In this document: positions 12,703 to 26,524 of the stretch, piece by piece | How positions within the stretch are numbered: the first letter of the stretch is position 1 | Layout of the letters: each line of letters opens with the position of its first letter | Assembly (NCBI GenBank): GCA_951406725.2 | Contig: OX597815.1 | Coordinates: forward strand, 61,752,001 to 61,816,000 | Origin: Octopus vulgaris | Lineage: Eukaryota | Length of the DNA: 64,000 nucleotides | Reading direction: 5' to 3' | The notes under the pieces: model-generated | What the model saw: the letters and a program-made list of their open reading frames with translations, nothing else | Told to the model about the DNA's origin: nothing | Databases searched by the model: none | Made by a program: the position numbers and the translations under genes

Positions 12703-13087
12703 TACAGGGTAAATGTTTTTTAAATTTTCTCCTGGTTTACTGAATTAACTTTTATTTGCGGTTGAAGCTTTGGCTGTTATTTCTAGTGGGTGAATGGCCT
12801 ATTATGGCCGTTCCTTTATTGTTGATGTTGAACTTAAAAATGGTCTATGACTATTTTAATTTTTTCCTACTAGGCCGCTGGTGGTAAAAGAATTCTACAA
12901 AATTTTTTTGCCACCCTATATTGATTAATTATGAATTTTCTGGTTAATTCCGTAATGGAATCGACGGCTTATATTTATTTGCTGCCGATAAATTTGGCGC
13001 GAGTGCGACGATTTGAAAATTTTAGGTCAGATATTAACTTGGCAACGTCGGAAATGCCTCGTGAAAATATCTGTTCCATCTTGGGCT

Positions 13088-13194
13088 ATTTCTTACTGAA
13101 GAGTCTGGGGGCCTGTGGAAGATTGGCTTGATTTAATTTAATCAGGTTAGTTTACCATTAATCAGCAGATGAAACGGTATATCGTATAAGAAAT
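13088..13194 (+). ncRNA. Type I hammerhead ribozyme (monomer copy 3)
   Basis: Same fold. Stem II is GTCTG/CAGAT, where an A-U to G-U change keeps pairing. Cleavage after 13186. Confidence 0.88.
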
Positions 13195-13420
13195 TACAGG
13201 GTAAATGTTTTTTAAATTTTCTCCTGGTTTACTGAATTAACTTTTATTTGCGGTTGAAGCTTTGGCTGTTATTTCTAGTGGGTGAATGGCCTATTATGGC
13301 CGTTCCTTTATTGTTGATGTTGAACTTAAAAATGGTCTATGACTATTTTAATTTTTTCCTACTAGGCCGCTGGTGGCAAAAGAATTCTACAAAATTTTTT
13401 TTGCCACCCTATATTGATTA

Positions 13421-13497
<77 letters not shown>

Positions 13498-13501
13498 TAC
13501 T

Positions 13502-13662
13502 ACGTGCTTCTTTCAGTTTTCGCCTCCCAAATTCACTCACAAGGCTTGGGTTGGCCCGAAGCTATAGTAGAAGACACTTGCCCAAGTTGCCATGCAGTAA
13601 GACTAAACCCAGAACCATGTGGTTGGGAAGCAAGCTTCTAACCACACAGCCTCGCTTGCGCT
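13502..13662 (-). mobile_element. SINE family A, 5' half (tRNA head)
   Basis: GCTTCTTTCAGTTT...AGAAGACACTTGCCCAAG...ACCACACAGCC...GCGCTT. Confidence 0.85.
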
Positions 13663-14024
13663 TATGTTAATTATTTTTTCTTCATAAAACATCCACTTCT
13701 AAATTGGTGTTCGAGAGAACGTCGTATACACCGGCAAATACGATATACAATATATATATACTCAAGGGCGGCAGGGGTTAACTGCCTTGAGTACTTAAAC
13801 CCTGTCGCCGTGTAGCATTCACCACCAAAAATGGTTATTTCCACGGAATTAACCAAATTTGTTGAATGGTGCTGAGTCAAACAGATATCAAATAATTTAC
13901 GAAACTCCTACCAAATGTTGTGAGAACCACATTCTCTCATTTGTCCATCACAAGTAACAGCCAAGGGTGAAAATCGGAATAGACAGTCAAGTTATTATGT
14001 AATATACATATATTCATACATACA

Positions 14025-14344
14025 TATGTAGAAAATACCTTCGCTGAACTATTGAGGAATCTACAGTTACCTTATTCAGATTATAAATTCAGGTTTATAC
14101 CTGTAATTATCGGAGCACTGAGATATGTAACACACTGCCTAAATACCAATCTTGAGAAATTAGGCTTCTCAAAACCAGAAAGGAGGAAACTAATTAGAAG
14201 ACTACAGATCCAATCAATCAGTGGAATTGTAAAAATCTGTAAAACTTTCCAGAAGTTTATCATTTAAGCAAACATGAGCATGTATAGACATGCAACTATA
14301 TGCATGAGAATATATCATAAAAGAAAACATACAAATCTGCACAT

Positions 14345-14387
<43 letters not shown>

Positions 14388-14523
14388 CATACATACATAC
14401 ATACATACATACATACATACATACATACTTACTAACAAAAATAGCCTGTTGATGTTGAAATTCCAAAGAAGGACCCTTGGATCTAGGTTAGAAACCGGCT
14501 CTTTCTCTATTGGCAAGATATCT
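14025..14523 (+). mobile_element. R4/Dong-like (restriction-like endonuclease) LINE, 3' fragment
   Basis: YKFRFIPVIIGALRYVTHCL...LQIQSISGIVKICKTFQKF plus a 3' UTR homologous to 29510-29965. Confidence 0.8.
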
Positions 14524-14625
14524 TTCGACTCAACACTCTGTCCCCTACCTACTTTCTTTTCTTTCTATCCCTCTATTATCCGCTATATTTCTTTTCTCCC
14601 CTCCTTCTCTGCAGTCACCTGTCCT

Positions 14626-14683
<58 letters not shown>

Positions 14684-14704
14684 TTCCTTCCTCCCTTCTT
14701 CCCG

Positions 14705-14735
<31 letters not shown>

Positions 14736-15167
14736 CGCTCTTTCTCCACACTTCCTCTGTTTCTTTCACTCATCCTCTCTCTTGTTCCGTTTCCCCATTG
14801 CCTGTTGCTCACACGTGACTAAAGGTAATTTTTCTTGTCTCTGTTTTCTGGATACGACGGCCAGCCAGACTGACGTCATTTCTTTCGTCTCTCGATATTT
14901 TTTCTCTTCAAGTATCTATTCTATATCCTTTCAAAATTTCTCCCAGGCGTCACCCATTACAATTCGTCTTGGCCTAACGGCCCTTAATGTCTTCCTTTGT
15001 TCGTTGATTTCTTATGTCCATTGATTTCTTATGTTCGAAGCCCTTACCCTCCACAAATTTTACGTTTTCAAAATTTCTGGATGCTGCTGTCTTATGAAGT
15101 TTTCCTGTCTTGTCCCTAAAAGCACGAAACAGGAAGTAGTATCACAGTTGCCCCACGCCTATAATAG

Positions 15168-15262
15168 CGATTTCAAATTTTACACAAGACTAGCAATTTC
15201 GGAAGAGCTGTTAAGTCGATTACATCGAGCCCAGTGCTTAACTGGTACTAATTTTATCACGA
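15168..15262 (-). mobile_element. SINE family B, 3' fragment
   Basis: AAGTCGATTACATCGAGCCCAGTGCTTAACTGGTAC. Confidence 0.7.
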
Positions 15263-15358
15263 CTGATGAGGGGTTAGATTTATTTTGGCATTTTGTCCCG
15301 TACTTGTCTCTCGTTGAGTTTACGTATTTTTCTCTCGTTAGTGATGACCTGTTCTTAA

Positions 15359-15418
<60 letters not shown>

Positions 15419-15441
15419 GTATATATATATATGTGTGTGTG

Positions 15442-15535
<94 letters not shown>

Positions 15536-15671
15536 ATATATAAATATATATATATATAAATATATATATACTCAACTCAATATATCAGTGACAGTTTGAA
15601 CTTAATAATATATATATATGATATACTTTACAAATTTGACATTTAGATTTGCATTTCTGTGTATGTTTCGG

Positions 15672-15730
<59 letters not shown>

Positions 15731-16087
15731 GTGCAATTGTGTATATGTACATGTATACATGCGCGCGCACTCACGCGTCCGCACACACAAACTATTTGTA
15801 TACACTTATGTGTATGCATATGTATATATATAAGAATATATATGTGTACGTTTGCGTGTGTGCGCGTTTGTGTGTGTACGTGTATGTGCGTGTACGTACA
15901 TGCGAGTGTGTGTGTGTGTAAATTTGTGTGTATGTATCAGCTGTTCTTTATTTTATGTATATTCCTTTTTATTATGTTCCGTCTACAAGCCGTTCGAAAA
16001 ACAGAGATCGGTAAAATGAGACTTGGTATCGACTAGGCCTTTTAAAGCGGTGCTCCTGTATGAGCACATGGTGATACAGCTATATAC

Positions 16088-16189
<102 letters not shown>

Positions 16190-16199
16190 TATATATGTA

Positions 16200-16244
<45 letters not shown>

Positions 16245-16387
16245 CAGCCGAAATTGCGAGGATGATTCGGTTCTTGACTGAAGATTGAAGGCTTCGAATG
16301 TCCCGTCCGTGTTTTTTGTATCGTCTTCTAAATGTTTTACGTTCTTGTCCCAGTTTGTATTTTTCTACATATATATATATATACATA

Positions 16388-16449
<62 letters not shown>

Positions 16450-16519
16450 TATACATGTAATTTAATTTTTGGTATATACATATATATATTTATATACATA
16501 TATATACATATATATATAC

Positions 16520-16550
<31 letters not shown>

Positions 16551-16574
16551 CATATATATAACATATATATATAT

Positions 16575-16621
<47 letters not shown>

Positions 16622-16672
16622 GTGAGGGAAGAAATGGAGCTGAACGAAGATTTTACAAAATTCCTTTTTATT

Positions 16673-16758
16673 ATTTTCTACATATGTTTCAAAGGCTGCA
16701 AATTCCCCAATTCGGATTGAATAAGGAGACCATTTTGCAGCTTTCTCTTCAGGAAAAT
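16673..16758 (-). ncRNA. Type I hammerhead ribozyme in a ~260 bp TA-flanked insert (16619-16878)
   Basis: Minus strand: ATTTTC-CTGAAGA-GAAAGCTGCAAA...TTTGCAGCCTTT-GAAA-CATATG-TA-GAAAAT. Stem I is 6 bp, stem II is 12 bp with one mismatch, and stem III is the palindrome ACATATGT. Confidence 0.88.
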
Positions 16759-16917
16759 CCAGGAACTTAAATCTCCAAACAAATGTGCAGCAAGCTTTTC
16801 AACAAACGCTCCCTAGGAGCCCATGGTATGAATGGCACAAAACTGTCTCTCAATATGCGTTGACGTCAGGGTGGGTGAAGGCCGACGAAAAAGTCCGTAT
16901 ATATATATATGCATACA

Positions 16918-16951
<34 letters not shown>

Positions 16952-17019
16952 TACATGAATACATATATATGTCTATATATAGATACGTATCTGTCTATCT
17001 CTCCCTCTGTGTGTGTATA

Positions 17020-17065
<46 letters not shown>

Positions 17066-17311
17066 TATGTGTAAACACACAGAGACACATATACATGTGT
17101 GTGTGTTTCTGTGTGTATGAGTGAGTATGCTTGTGTTTGTGTAAATGTTGTCCGGCAACATTATATATTAAATATAACACCCAACTAAAAGCTTCTGCAT
17201 CTCTTAAAGCAGAAATAGATGTATGCTAATGAATCTCATAACATAACCATTATTTACCCTGCCATCTCTTTTTCTTGTTCTCGCTCTATACTCGTCTAAC
17301 TCTTAATTCTA

Positions 17312-18742
17312 GGATCTTTTATGCTTGGCTTCACCTGTCGAAATTTTAAAGTTTATTGAAATTTTCAAATTTGATGTAATTTTCTACGCTGAAACTCGGG
17401 AGATAATTCACCTTTCCCAGAAAAATTTTGGAAAGAAGTTACAGGGATTTAAAGTTTAATAATTTTTAACCAGTCAGAAAACAGGAATTTGAAGCTTTCC
17501 ATTTGAGCGTGACAGCACGTGTTGCCAAATGTAAATAAATTAAATTTGATCGGAATTCTCCTTTACGCACGCCATTTAACCCCACATAACTTTTCGGTTT
17601 TTTTTTTTTTTTTTTTAATTTCCAGAAAATTTTTGCGAATTTGTATTCTACACACAGAGATTCATGAAACTGCAAAAACCAAGGAAACATTCGTCTCATA
17701 CCGCATGTATTTCAGGCATTTAAAAAGCGACAAAAAGAACACGTGGTAATCAGTCTCGTAACAGCTGGGCTTGTTACTGTGGAAACAGGCACTTATATAC
17801 CTATAGCTTTCCGGTTGGCTAAAATTACCCAAAATTTGTAAACTTAAAAACTATTAAATCCTTATTTATTGATTTATGGCGAAAATGAATTTCATTTCAA
17901 TGATTGCTTTACAAAAACACACCAATACACCAAATACTTAATCAATTGAAACAAAAGTTGAAGAAATTGAGAAGTGGCTGCCAAACTGAAAAGATCTGTG
18001 AGATGTGCTAAAAATAACAACTAAATAGGCTGTAAATCACGTACCAAAATTATAATTTAAAACAAAAAAATTACATAATCACATGAATTTCCGTGTGCAG
18101 GATGCAAATTCGCAAAACTTTTCTGAAAATTCCAAAAGAAAAAATTATGAGGGGTAATATGGCGTGTGTAAAGCAGAATTCCGTCGATTTTTTTTTTTTT
18201 TTGCATTTGTTTACAGTTAACAGCACATGCTGTCACGCACAAAATCCTGTTTTCTGACTGGGTAAAACTTATCAAACTTTAGATTTCTGTAACTTTTTTA
18301 AACAATTTTTCTGGAAAGTGTTAATTAGCCGATCGATGAGATTCAGCGTGGAAAATTACATCAATACATTAAATTTTTAAATGTTCAATAAGCTTTGAAA
18401 TTTCCACAGGTGGAGCGAAACAGAAAAGATCGCATTGCACGACCACCTCATATCTCATGTATTTTAAGCATTTAATAAGCGAAAAAGGACCACGTGAATA
18501 AGAAGCTCGGTGACCGCTTGGGTTGTTACTATGGAAACAGGTAGGAATGTCTGTGGCTTTCGATTGGTTAAAATGACACATTTGCAAACTTAAAAAGCTA
18601 TTAAGTCGTTTTTCATTGATTTATGGCGAAAATGAATTTCATGTCAATAATTACCATACAAAAATACATCATTACACCAAATATGAAATCAATTGGAACA
18701 AAAATGGAAGATATTGAAAAGTGGCACCAAACAGAAAAGATC
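17312..18742. mobile_element. Two diverged copies of a non-autonomous TIR element (GGATCTTTT... termini), the second with its left arm inverted
   Basis: 17312-17670 is the reverse complement of 18083-18430. 17700-17996 is a direct homolog of 18455-18742. Ends read GAAAAGATC. Confidence 0.75.
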
Positions 18743-18814
<72 letters not shown>

Positions 18815-19744
18815 GTGTGTATGTGTGCTTGTGTATAAACACACACATACATATTTATATATTATATATATATATATATGCATGCATACACAGACGTAAG
18901 CATCCCACAGTCTTCTCAGTAGATACGTGCATGAGTGTGTATATGTGAGCATACGACGTCCAACTCTGCCTCCCTTGCTACAAGTAATATCTCGCAAGTG
19001 TATATAACAGACTGTCTCTATATACTATTGTTGGTGGTGGTGCTTTTGCTATATGTGTGCGTATTGTGTGTATGTTCCTGTGTACGTGTTTGTATGTGTG
19101 TGTGCGTGCGTGCATGCGTGTGTATGTGCGTGTGCTGGCGATTGATGGAAGGTGAGGGCTATAATCCCAGCTGAATGACGGCTAAATACATGGATTAACG
19201 GCTTATTGTGAACGGGAGATGGTGGGGGTTGTGGTGGTGGTGGTAGACGTGGAGTGGGGTGATGGTAGTAGTAGAAGTAGTAAAGGTGGTGGTTGTGGTT
19301 TTGGCGGTGTCTGTGTAACAGCGGTGTTGGTGGTCGTGATCGTAATGGATTCGTGGAAGGTGATATTGATGATAGTGATGATGCTAACGGTGGTGTTGAT
19401 GGCAGTGGTGGTCGTCGTCATGTTAATGATGTTGGCAATGGTAGTGGTGATGTTGATGTTGGGAGCGATGTTGATGATGGTGGTGGTGACGTTGACGGCT
19501 TACTTCGGGTCGTCGTTGAAAATACAACAAAATATATTAAATTTCATGTCGTAGAGTCAGAATGACTTCTACCTTTACACTAAAAAAAAACAACTTGAAC
19601 CTCTATGAGGCCGCCCAACCACTAGAAATAGAAACCAAATTTATCTTAGGCCGAGATAGTCAAGGCTTGATCGCCGTTGATCATGACTCCTACCAATAAT
19701 AACCCACACCAAAATATATTCTTATTTAAAAAATTTCTCCACAA

Positions 19745-19972
19745 GCGTGGCTGTCTGGCAAGAAGCTTGCTTCCCAATCACATGGTTCCGGGTTCAGTCC
19801 CACTGCGTGGACATTGGACAAGTGTTTTCTACTATAAACTCGGATCGACCAAAGCCTTGTGAGCGGATTTGGTAGACGGAAACTGAAAGAAGCCAGTCGT
19901 GTATATACACACACACATATATATATATATACACATATATATATATACACACATATATATATATATATATAT

Positions 19973-20012
<40 letters not shown>

Positions 20013-20328
20013 TTATGTGGAGACACATGGCCTAGTGGTTAGAGCAGCGGACTCGCGGTCGAGGGATCGCGGGTTCGAATTTCAGACGGGGCGATGTGTG
20101 TGTTTATGAGCGAAACACCTAAGCTCCACGTGGCATCGGCAGAAGGTAATGGCAAACTTCTGCTGACTCTTTCGCCACAACTTTCTCTCACTCTTTCCTC
20201 CTGCATCTTGCAGCTCACTTACGACGGACCAGCGTCCCGTCCAGGTGGGGAACCCATACGCCAAGGAAACCGGGAAACCGGCCCTTATGAGCCAGGCATA
20301 TATATATATATTTATACACACACACATA

Positions 20329-20361
<33 letters not shown>

Positions 20362-20520
20362 TCATCGCTTGACAAACGGTGATGGTATGTTTATGTACCA
20401 GTAATTTCGAGGTTCGGCAAAATTGACCGATAAGTATTAGGCTTAAAAAATAAGTAAATCTCTTCAAGGCGCTCGGCATGGTCACAGTTAAATGAGTGAA
20501 ACAAGTAAAAGAATAAAAGA
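19745..20520 (+). mobile_element. SINE family A interrupted by SINE family C in its internal microsatellite
   Basis: 5' half at 19745-19901, 3' half at 20355-20520. Confidence 0.8.
20019..20299 (+). mobile_element. tRNA-derived SINE family C with V-domain-like 3' part
   Basis: TGGCCTAGTGG A box and GGTTCGAATT B box; 3' GGACCAGCGTCCCGTCCAGG...GAAACCGG. Confidence 0.85.
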
Positions 20521-21392
20521 ATATTGTTTCCATCTGATGAGGTCTTTCGTTGATAATTTATTTTGTTAGTACCTACTGTCTAGCCTGAAAATTTATTAAG
20601 ACACGTGCTTTGAAATCACATGATCAAACAACTTTTACTGTAAAGCCTAGCTCTCCTTCGTGACATGGCGAAATCAATCGTACTTACAACGGCTCAGTCC
20701 ACTTTGCTGTAAGTATGTCTCACCTGACGAAGACTCACTCGGTCGACCAGGCTGTAACATAACGAACAACGACTACTACTGCGGCTACAACAGCACAATA
20801 ATACCACCACTTCTACTCCACCACACTCACACCCCACCATACAATACTACTAACGCTTGTTATTAATCCCCCTCCTGCACCGTCACCATCTGAATTCATC
20901 TCCTCCATCACCGTCCTTCCTCATCTGAAATCATTATCACTACTACTACTACTACCACTACTACTGCAACTACGACCACCACTACAGCTAGAACTCTCAG
21001 ACTAACATGTCGTCGTGCTAAAAATTTTCCCAGAGTTTTGTTGTTTTAGTGTCGCAGGTGCAGTAACAGTTTGGGGTAGAGTAGTGGTGGTAGTGGTGGT
21101 GGTGATGGTAGAGGTAGTGGTGTGGTTGTGCAGTTAGTGTGATTGTGGTGGTGTGATGGGTTGTGTTCGCTGTGGTGAGGGTGGTGGTATGGTGTTATTG
21201 TGCTACAGTGGTTGTGGCGGGTGGGGATGGAACTGGTGGTACGGGATGGGTTATGCCTTGGTTGGTAAGAAAAGTACTCTAACAGGGGTTGAGAGTATGA
21301 TGTGGGCGTGATGGCGGGAGTGTGTGTATGGGGGAGGGTGAGGAATTGTTGGTAATGAAGGTGATGATAATGATGGTGTTGATAATGAAGGA

Positions 21393-21434
<42 letters not shown>

Positions 21435-22039
21435 AGTGAGGTTGGTGACGAAGGTATTGGGCGGGGTATTTTAGTAATCCCTATACAATTAATTGTTGTA
21501 ACTACCGAAACTATAAGGGTAGATTGTGCTGAAACAGAATAGGGTAGGGAACATCGAAATGGTGTAGACGGGTTGTTATAATTACAAGGATGGTGTTGTT
21601 GTGGTGGTGGTGGGTGGTGTTTGGCGGGAAAGTAGACATTTGTAATACTATATGCTATAATAGGAATGGTATTGGCATGGCAAAATTTCCCAGAGATGCC
21701 TTCTGCTAGGCGTTTATGCAGTCAAGTGCAATGTAACGTACTACCTCTTCGCTTAGCCAATGTTTAACCAACCAATATTTCACGAATAATAAATTGAAAA
21801 ATCATTAGCGCTAACGACAATTATTGTCAACGAAAACAAGGGTGACAACTCTGATAATTACAGATGAAATTTAATTTAAACATTCTTTTTTGTGGTCTCA
21901 TTTCAAGAAATATTTGAGCCCTCAATTAACTCATATGTTCCTCTTGCTGACGGCAGCCCTGGCAACTGGTTACTGCAAGATGATATTTCACTAAGACAGA
22001 AACATGCCTGCAGTTGTCCACCCCCCCCGCACCTATAAT

Positions 22040-22250
22040 ACCGATTTCAAATTTTGACACAAGGCTAGCAAGTAAGCTGGTAAGTCGATTACATCGATCC
22101 CAGTGCTTAACTGGTACTTATTTTATCAACCCCGGAGGGATGAAAGATAAAGTTGATCACAACGGAATTGGAACTCAGAACGTAAAGCTCGACGAAATGC
22201 TGCTAAGCATTTTGCCCGGCGTGCTAATGATTCTGCCAGCTCGTTGCCTT
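22040..22250 (-). mobile_element. SINE family B
   Basis: Colinear with 3810-3980. Confidence 0.85.
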
Positions 22251-22671
22251 CCCGTCATCCATAACATCAAAGAACAAACTCGCTCCTCATTGCATGTTGT
22301 TGTTTAGGTTTTAATTTCGAATTTAGAGTTGCCTCCCTTGTATTTTTCATACGTATTATCATTAGCAAGGGCTCATTAAATTTTATGTCAATCTTCATTC
22401 TTCTATAAAAAAAAGGTGTCACCATAAATGTCGCTGTTTGGAACTAATATCACAGGTGTTCCAACTGTAGCCATCATATCTGTACTTTAGGCATGGTTCG
22501 TCTAGGACTACATTACCAAATCTCTCCTTTGTTTTTTTAGGCTCTACGTCGCTTATTTAAGGGATATATGGCTGGTATTTCTAGTTGGCCGAGTTACCAC
22601 GAGGAGGTCCCTCCTCAGCTCGCATTCTATCATCCTGGATAGAATTCGAACTCGAGACTTGAAGGGAGATT

Positions 22672-23079
22672 ACAGGTGTTGCTGTGTGGTAAGTAGCTTG
22701 CTTACCAACCACATGGTTCCGGGTTCAATCCAATTGCGTGGCACCTTGGTCAAGTGTCTTCTACTATAGCTTCGGGCCGACCAAAGCCTTGTGAGTGGAT
22801 TTGGTAGGCGGAAACTGAAAGAAGCCCGTCGTATATATTTATATGTATATATATGTGTGTGTGTGCGTGTTTGTGTGTCTGTGTTTGTCTCCACAACATC
22901 GCTTGACAACCGATGCTGGTGTGTTTACGTCCCCGTAACTTAGCGGTTCAGCAAAAGAGACCGATAGAATAAGTACTAGGCTTACAAAGAATAAGTCCTG
23001 GGGTCGATTTACTCGACTGAAGGCGGTACTCCAGCATGGCCGCATTGAAATGACTGAAACAAGTAAAAGAGTAAAAGAG
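22672..23079 (+). mobile_element. SINE family A, full length
   Basis: GCTGTGTGGTAAG...GGTTCAATCC...GGCACCTTGGTCAAGTGTCTTC...GACTGAAACAAGTAAAAGAGTAAAAGAG. Confidence 0.92.
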
Positions 23080-24545
23080 TACTACCCAGTTGTGATGGTG
23101 GTGGTTCTGTGTATGGTTTGGTGGTGGTGGTGATAATGGTGATGTTGGTGGCGATGGTAATGATGTGGTGGCGGTAACGGAATTAGTTTTAATAGTTTTC
23201 TCAGTTTTAACGGTGATAATTGTAATGGCGGACGTTGTGTTGTTTGTTGCTGTTTTTATATTTTTATATATTTTTTTCTTTACCCAATGCTGCTATTGGT
23301 GTTTATGATAAGTGTTTGAAGCAGCTGTTATTCCTATTGTTGCTGCAGCACCACTACCGCCACAACCGCCTCAACCGCCGCCGCCGTCACCACCGTTGTA
23401 GCAGCTGCTTATAAAGGCTAAAGGTCTCGGTGGCCAATATGAATAGATGAATGTGTTGAGCATGTCATGTAGGTGGCGATACTGTATATGTGTATGTGTG
23501 TGGAGTATGGCGGCGGGCTGGGCGCTGGTGGGGGTTTGGTCGAAAAAAAGACGAGGAAAACAGGTTGAATAGTGAAATAAAGACGAGGAATAAGGAATAG
23601 AGGGTGGATCGGGGTGGATGAATAGGAGAAATAAACAAATAAATAGGTGAATAAATGAAAGATGGCGGCATGTCGTTTGTGTGAAGGAGTAGCGGTGTGA
23701 GTGTGTGTTTGTGTGGAGGGAGGGAGACTGCAGTGGTGTTCATTGTGAAAAGGTTAGAGTAGCAGTAGTAGTAGTAGTAGCAGTAGTAGTAGTAGTAGTA
23801 GTAGTAGCAGTAGTAGTAATACTAATATTAGTAATAGTGGTTGTAGTGGTTGTGGTTGTTGTAGTAGAAGTTTAGCCACAAGTCCAGCCATTCTTATGAC
23901 GAAAGGCATTCTAACCGTGACAATCACGTCATTTTGTTTTATCCAGGATTACAAAGGGTGATAAGAGTTAATCTGTCGCCCGGTTTAGCACCACCACCAC
24001 CACCACCACCACCACCACCACCATCATCACCACCAGGTACCTTGGATGCTTTCAGCTGAAGGGTCCACTCTGTTGCAAGCACTGGAGCCAGGTTTCCGGT
24101 TTGAGGATACTGTCATCCTTCCCATCCTCCTTCCTCCATACCTCCTTTCTCTGCTCCCTACACCATCCCTCCTCCTCCTTCCTCTTTCCTCCCTCCTCAC
24201 TCTCTCCCTCTCGTGAAGAGTCACGACTACTGGCTTTTATAAAAATAATGTCCAATGTTTAAAGAAACTTAGGTGGAAATTGGGGGAGATTTCGCTTTTT
24301 TATTTGGCTGTTCAATCAAACGTGAAGAATTTCCATCAGTTGTCTGTAGTGATGAATGTTGTTGTTTAGCTGTAGTTCAATCCTGATAGAGAAGACATGA
24401 TTAAAGATGTTCGAGCCATGATCATCCCACCTTCTTCAAAAACAGAATCTCAGATCACGTTATTGACTATGTCCTTCTTTCTGCAGAACAGTTGGACGCG
24501 ATTTGAGAGAGATTTGGTTGTTAATTCAAGTAAGTTGAAGGGCCA

Positions 24546-25414
24546 GGCGCAGGCGTGGGTATGTGTTAAAGAATTTCCAACCATATGGTTCAGGGTTCAG
24601 TCCCACTATGTGGCACATTGGGAAAGTGTCTTCTACTGCATCGGGCCAAATAATGCTTTGTGAGTAGATTTGGTAGATGGAAACTTAAAGAAAGGATCTT
24701 TGTGATTATCGCCATTGTTTACAATTTTGTTCCAATTGTTTTCAAATTTGGTATATGGATTAAGTTTTGTATACTAAATATGAAAATGAAATTCATTTTC
24801 CCCATAGATTCATAATTAAAAAGTTATTAACCTTTAAAATTTACAAAATTTGGGTATTTTAGCCGATCAGAAGCGAGTATTTTACACACCACTGTACAAA
24901 ATTTGATATTTTAGCCAATCAGAAGCGAGTATTTTACACATCACTGTGAAGTTCTGTTAGCATAGTAAGCAAAGAAACACCACGTGTTCCATAGCTGGTT
25001 GCAAAAACACTGTTTCCATTGTAACAAAAGATGCTGCGCATAACCAAAGATGCTGCGCATGCGCACAAGAAGTGTAACCACTACTTGTTCTATAATTGTT
25101 TGTCTTCATAGCAATAGGAATTCGATAGAGTATTGCAAACTTTCATTCTTGAATTCTTTAAACTAATAAATGTCTGTTTTAAGCATTGTTTGTTTGTGTG
25201 TGTATGAGTGTGTGTGAATGCTTGTGTCTTTGTGTCTGTGTTTACATCCTCGTAACTTATCGGTTCGACAAAGAGAGCGATAGAAAGAGTAGCAAGCTTA
25301 AATAAAGTAAGTAAGTACTGCGGTCGATTCCTTCGACTACAAAAGATTCTTGCAGGCGGTGCCCTCAGCATGGCCGCAGTCTAATGACTGAAACAAGTAC
25401 AAGAGATAAAAGAG
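24546..25414 (+). mobile_element. SINE family A split by a GGATCTTT-terminated DNA-element fragment (24693-~25190)
   Basis: SINE halves at 24546-24693 and 25195-25414. The insert is a reverse homolog of 17800-17996 and has a ~52 bp tandem duplication at 24843-24946. Confidence 0.75.
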
Positions 25415-25667
25415 ACCACATGGCGGTCTCTTCACTGGTTTCATTTCGAGCAGATCAAATGATCTCTTAGATTCCCACTTTGCTTGATTTGAAGGAGATT
25501 TGACCACTGGTTTAAGGAACCAGCTACACGTTTCCTCATTGATTTCCACTCCATCCCCAACACCATTGCTGCTGATGGTGTTGGTTGTCGTATAAAAGAG
25601 GTGGGGGCTGTGGCGACAGAATGGGCATAGGTAGCAGTGGTGAAGACTTAATGGTTATCTTTCAGGC

Positions 25668-26005
25668 CTGGGCACAAGGCCAGCAATTTTGAGAAAAGGG
25701 TAAGTCATTTGCATCAACCTCAGTATTTAACTGGTATTCATTTTATTTTCTCGATCCATAAAGGATGAAAGCCAAAGTCGATTTCAGTGGATTGAAAAAG
25801 AAAAAAAACATAATAAGCTAGAAGAAAGATCGACTTCAAATTTTGACACTCGGGCAGCAAGATCGGAGAAGTGGATAAGTCGATAACATTGACACCAATG
25901 TTCAACTGGTACTTATTTTATCGACTCCGAAAGAATGAAAGGTAAAGACGACCTCGGCTGCATTTGAACTCAAGACGTAAGGACGGACGAAATGCCGCTA
26001 AGCTT
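25668..26005 (-). mobile_element. Two tandem SINE family B fragments
   Basis: AACTGGTA..AGGATGAAAG..GTCGA occurs twice. Confidence 0.75.
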
Positions 26006-26012
26006 CATACTG

Positions 26013-26060
<48 letters not shown>

Positions 26061-26524
26061 TTGAAGTGTGGTGGTGGTGGTAACAACTTAAAAGTACAGC
26101 AGATGGGGTACTCGGTGAGTAGGTGGGTAACTGGGGTAGAGGTGTGAGGTAGTACCGGTGGAGGCGTTAGTAATGGACAATGGTGGCGGTACGTCGGGGA
26201 TGGGGTGTGTGCTTCAGGAGGTGGTGGGTGGTAGGACGGGCTGGAGCATACCAGGGTGGCGGTGATTGAGGGGTTAGTCGGGTGTATTGAATGATGGTGG
26301 CGGTGGGCGCTTTAATACCGTTCAAGGTCCGTATTTAACACGGTTTAATGAGAGTGGTGGAGTTAGGGGAGGTTGGGTGTGAGTGGGGAACATTTACGGA
26401 AACTACAAAATACGGGCTGCTACCGTGGTGATCATCATGGGAATAGTAAAGGGGTGGTGGTCGTAGATATGTAGTAGTAGTAGTAGTAGTAGTAATATAT
26501 ATGTGCGTGCGTGTGTGTGTGTGT

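Noticed and set aside
12114-13131. Duplicate 66-aa ORFs (MNFLVNSVMES...)
   Set aside because: By-product of the repeated non-coding monomer; no recognisable domain, and it overlaps the ribozyme.
20019-20095. tRNA gene
   Set aside because: A/B boxes are present but there is no proper acceptor stem and it continues into a SINE body. The same applies to the other SINE heads.
20525-20605. CTGATGA...GAAA hammerhead candidate
   Set aside because: Stems I and II do not pair convincingly next to the core.
23040-23070. SINE A tail hairpin + GAAACAAGTA as a half hammerhead
   Set aside because: No upstream core; better explained as a LINE-recognised 3' stem-loop.
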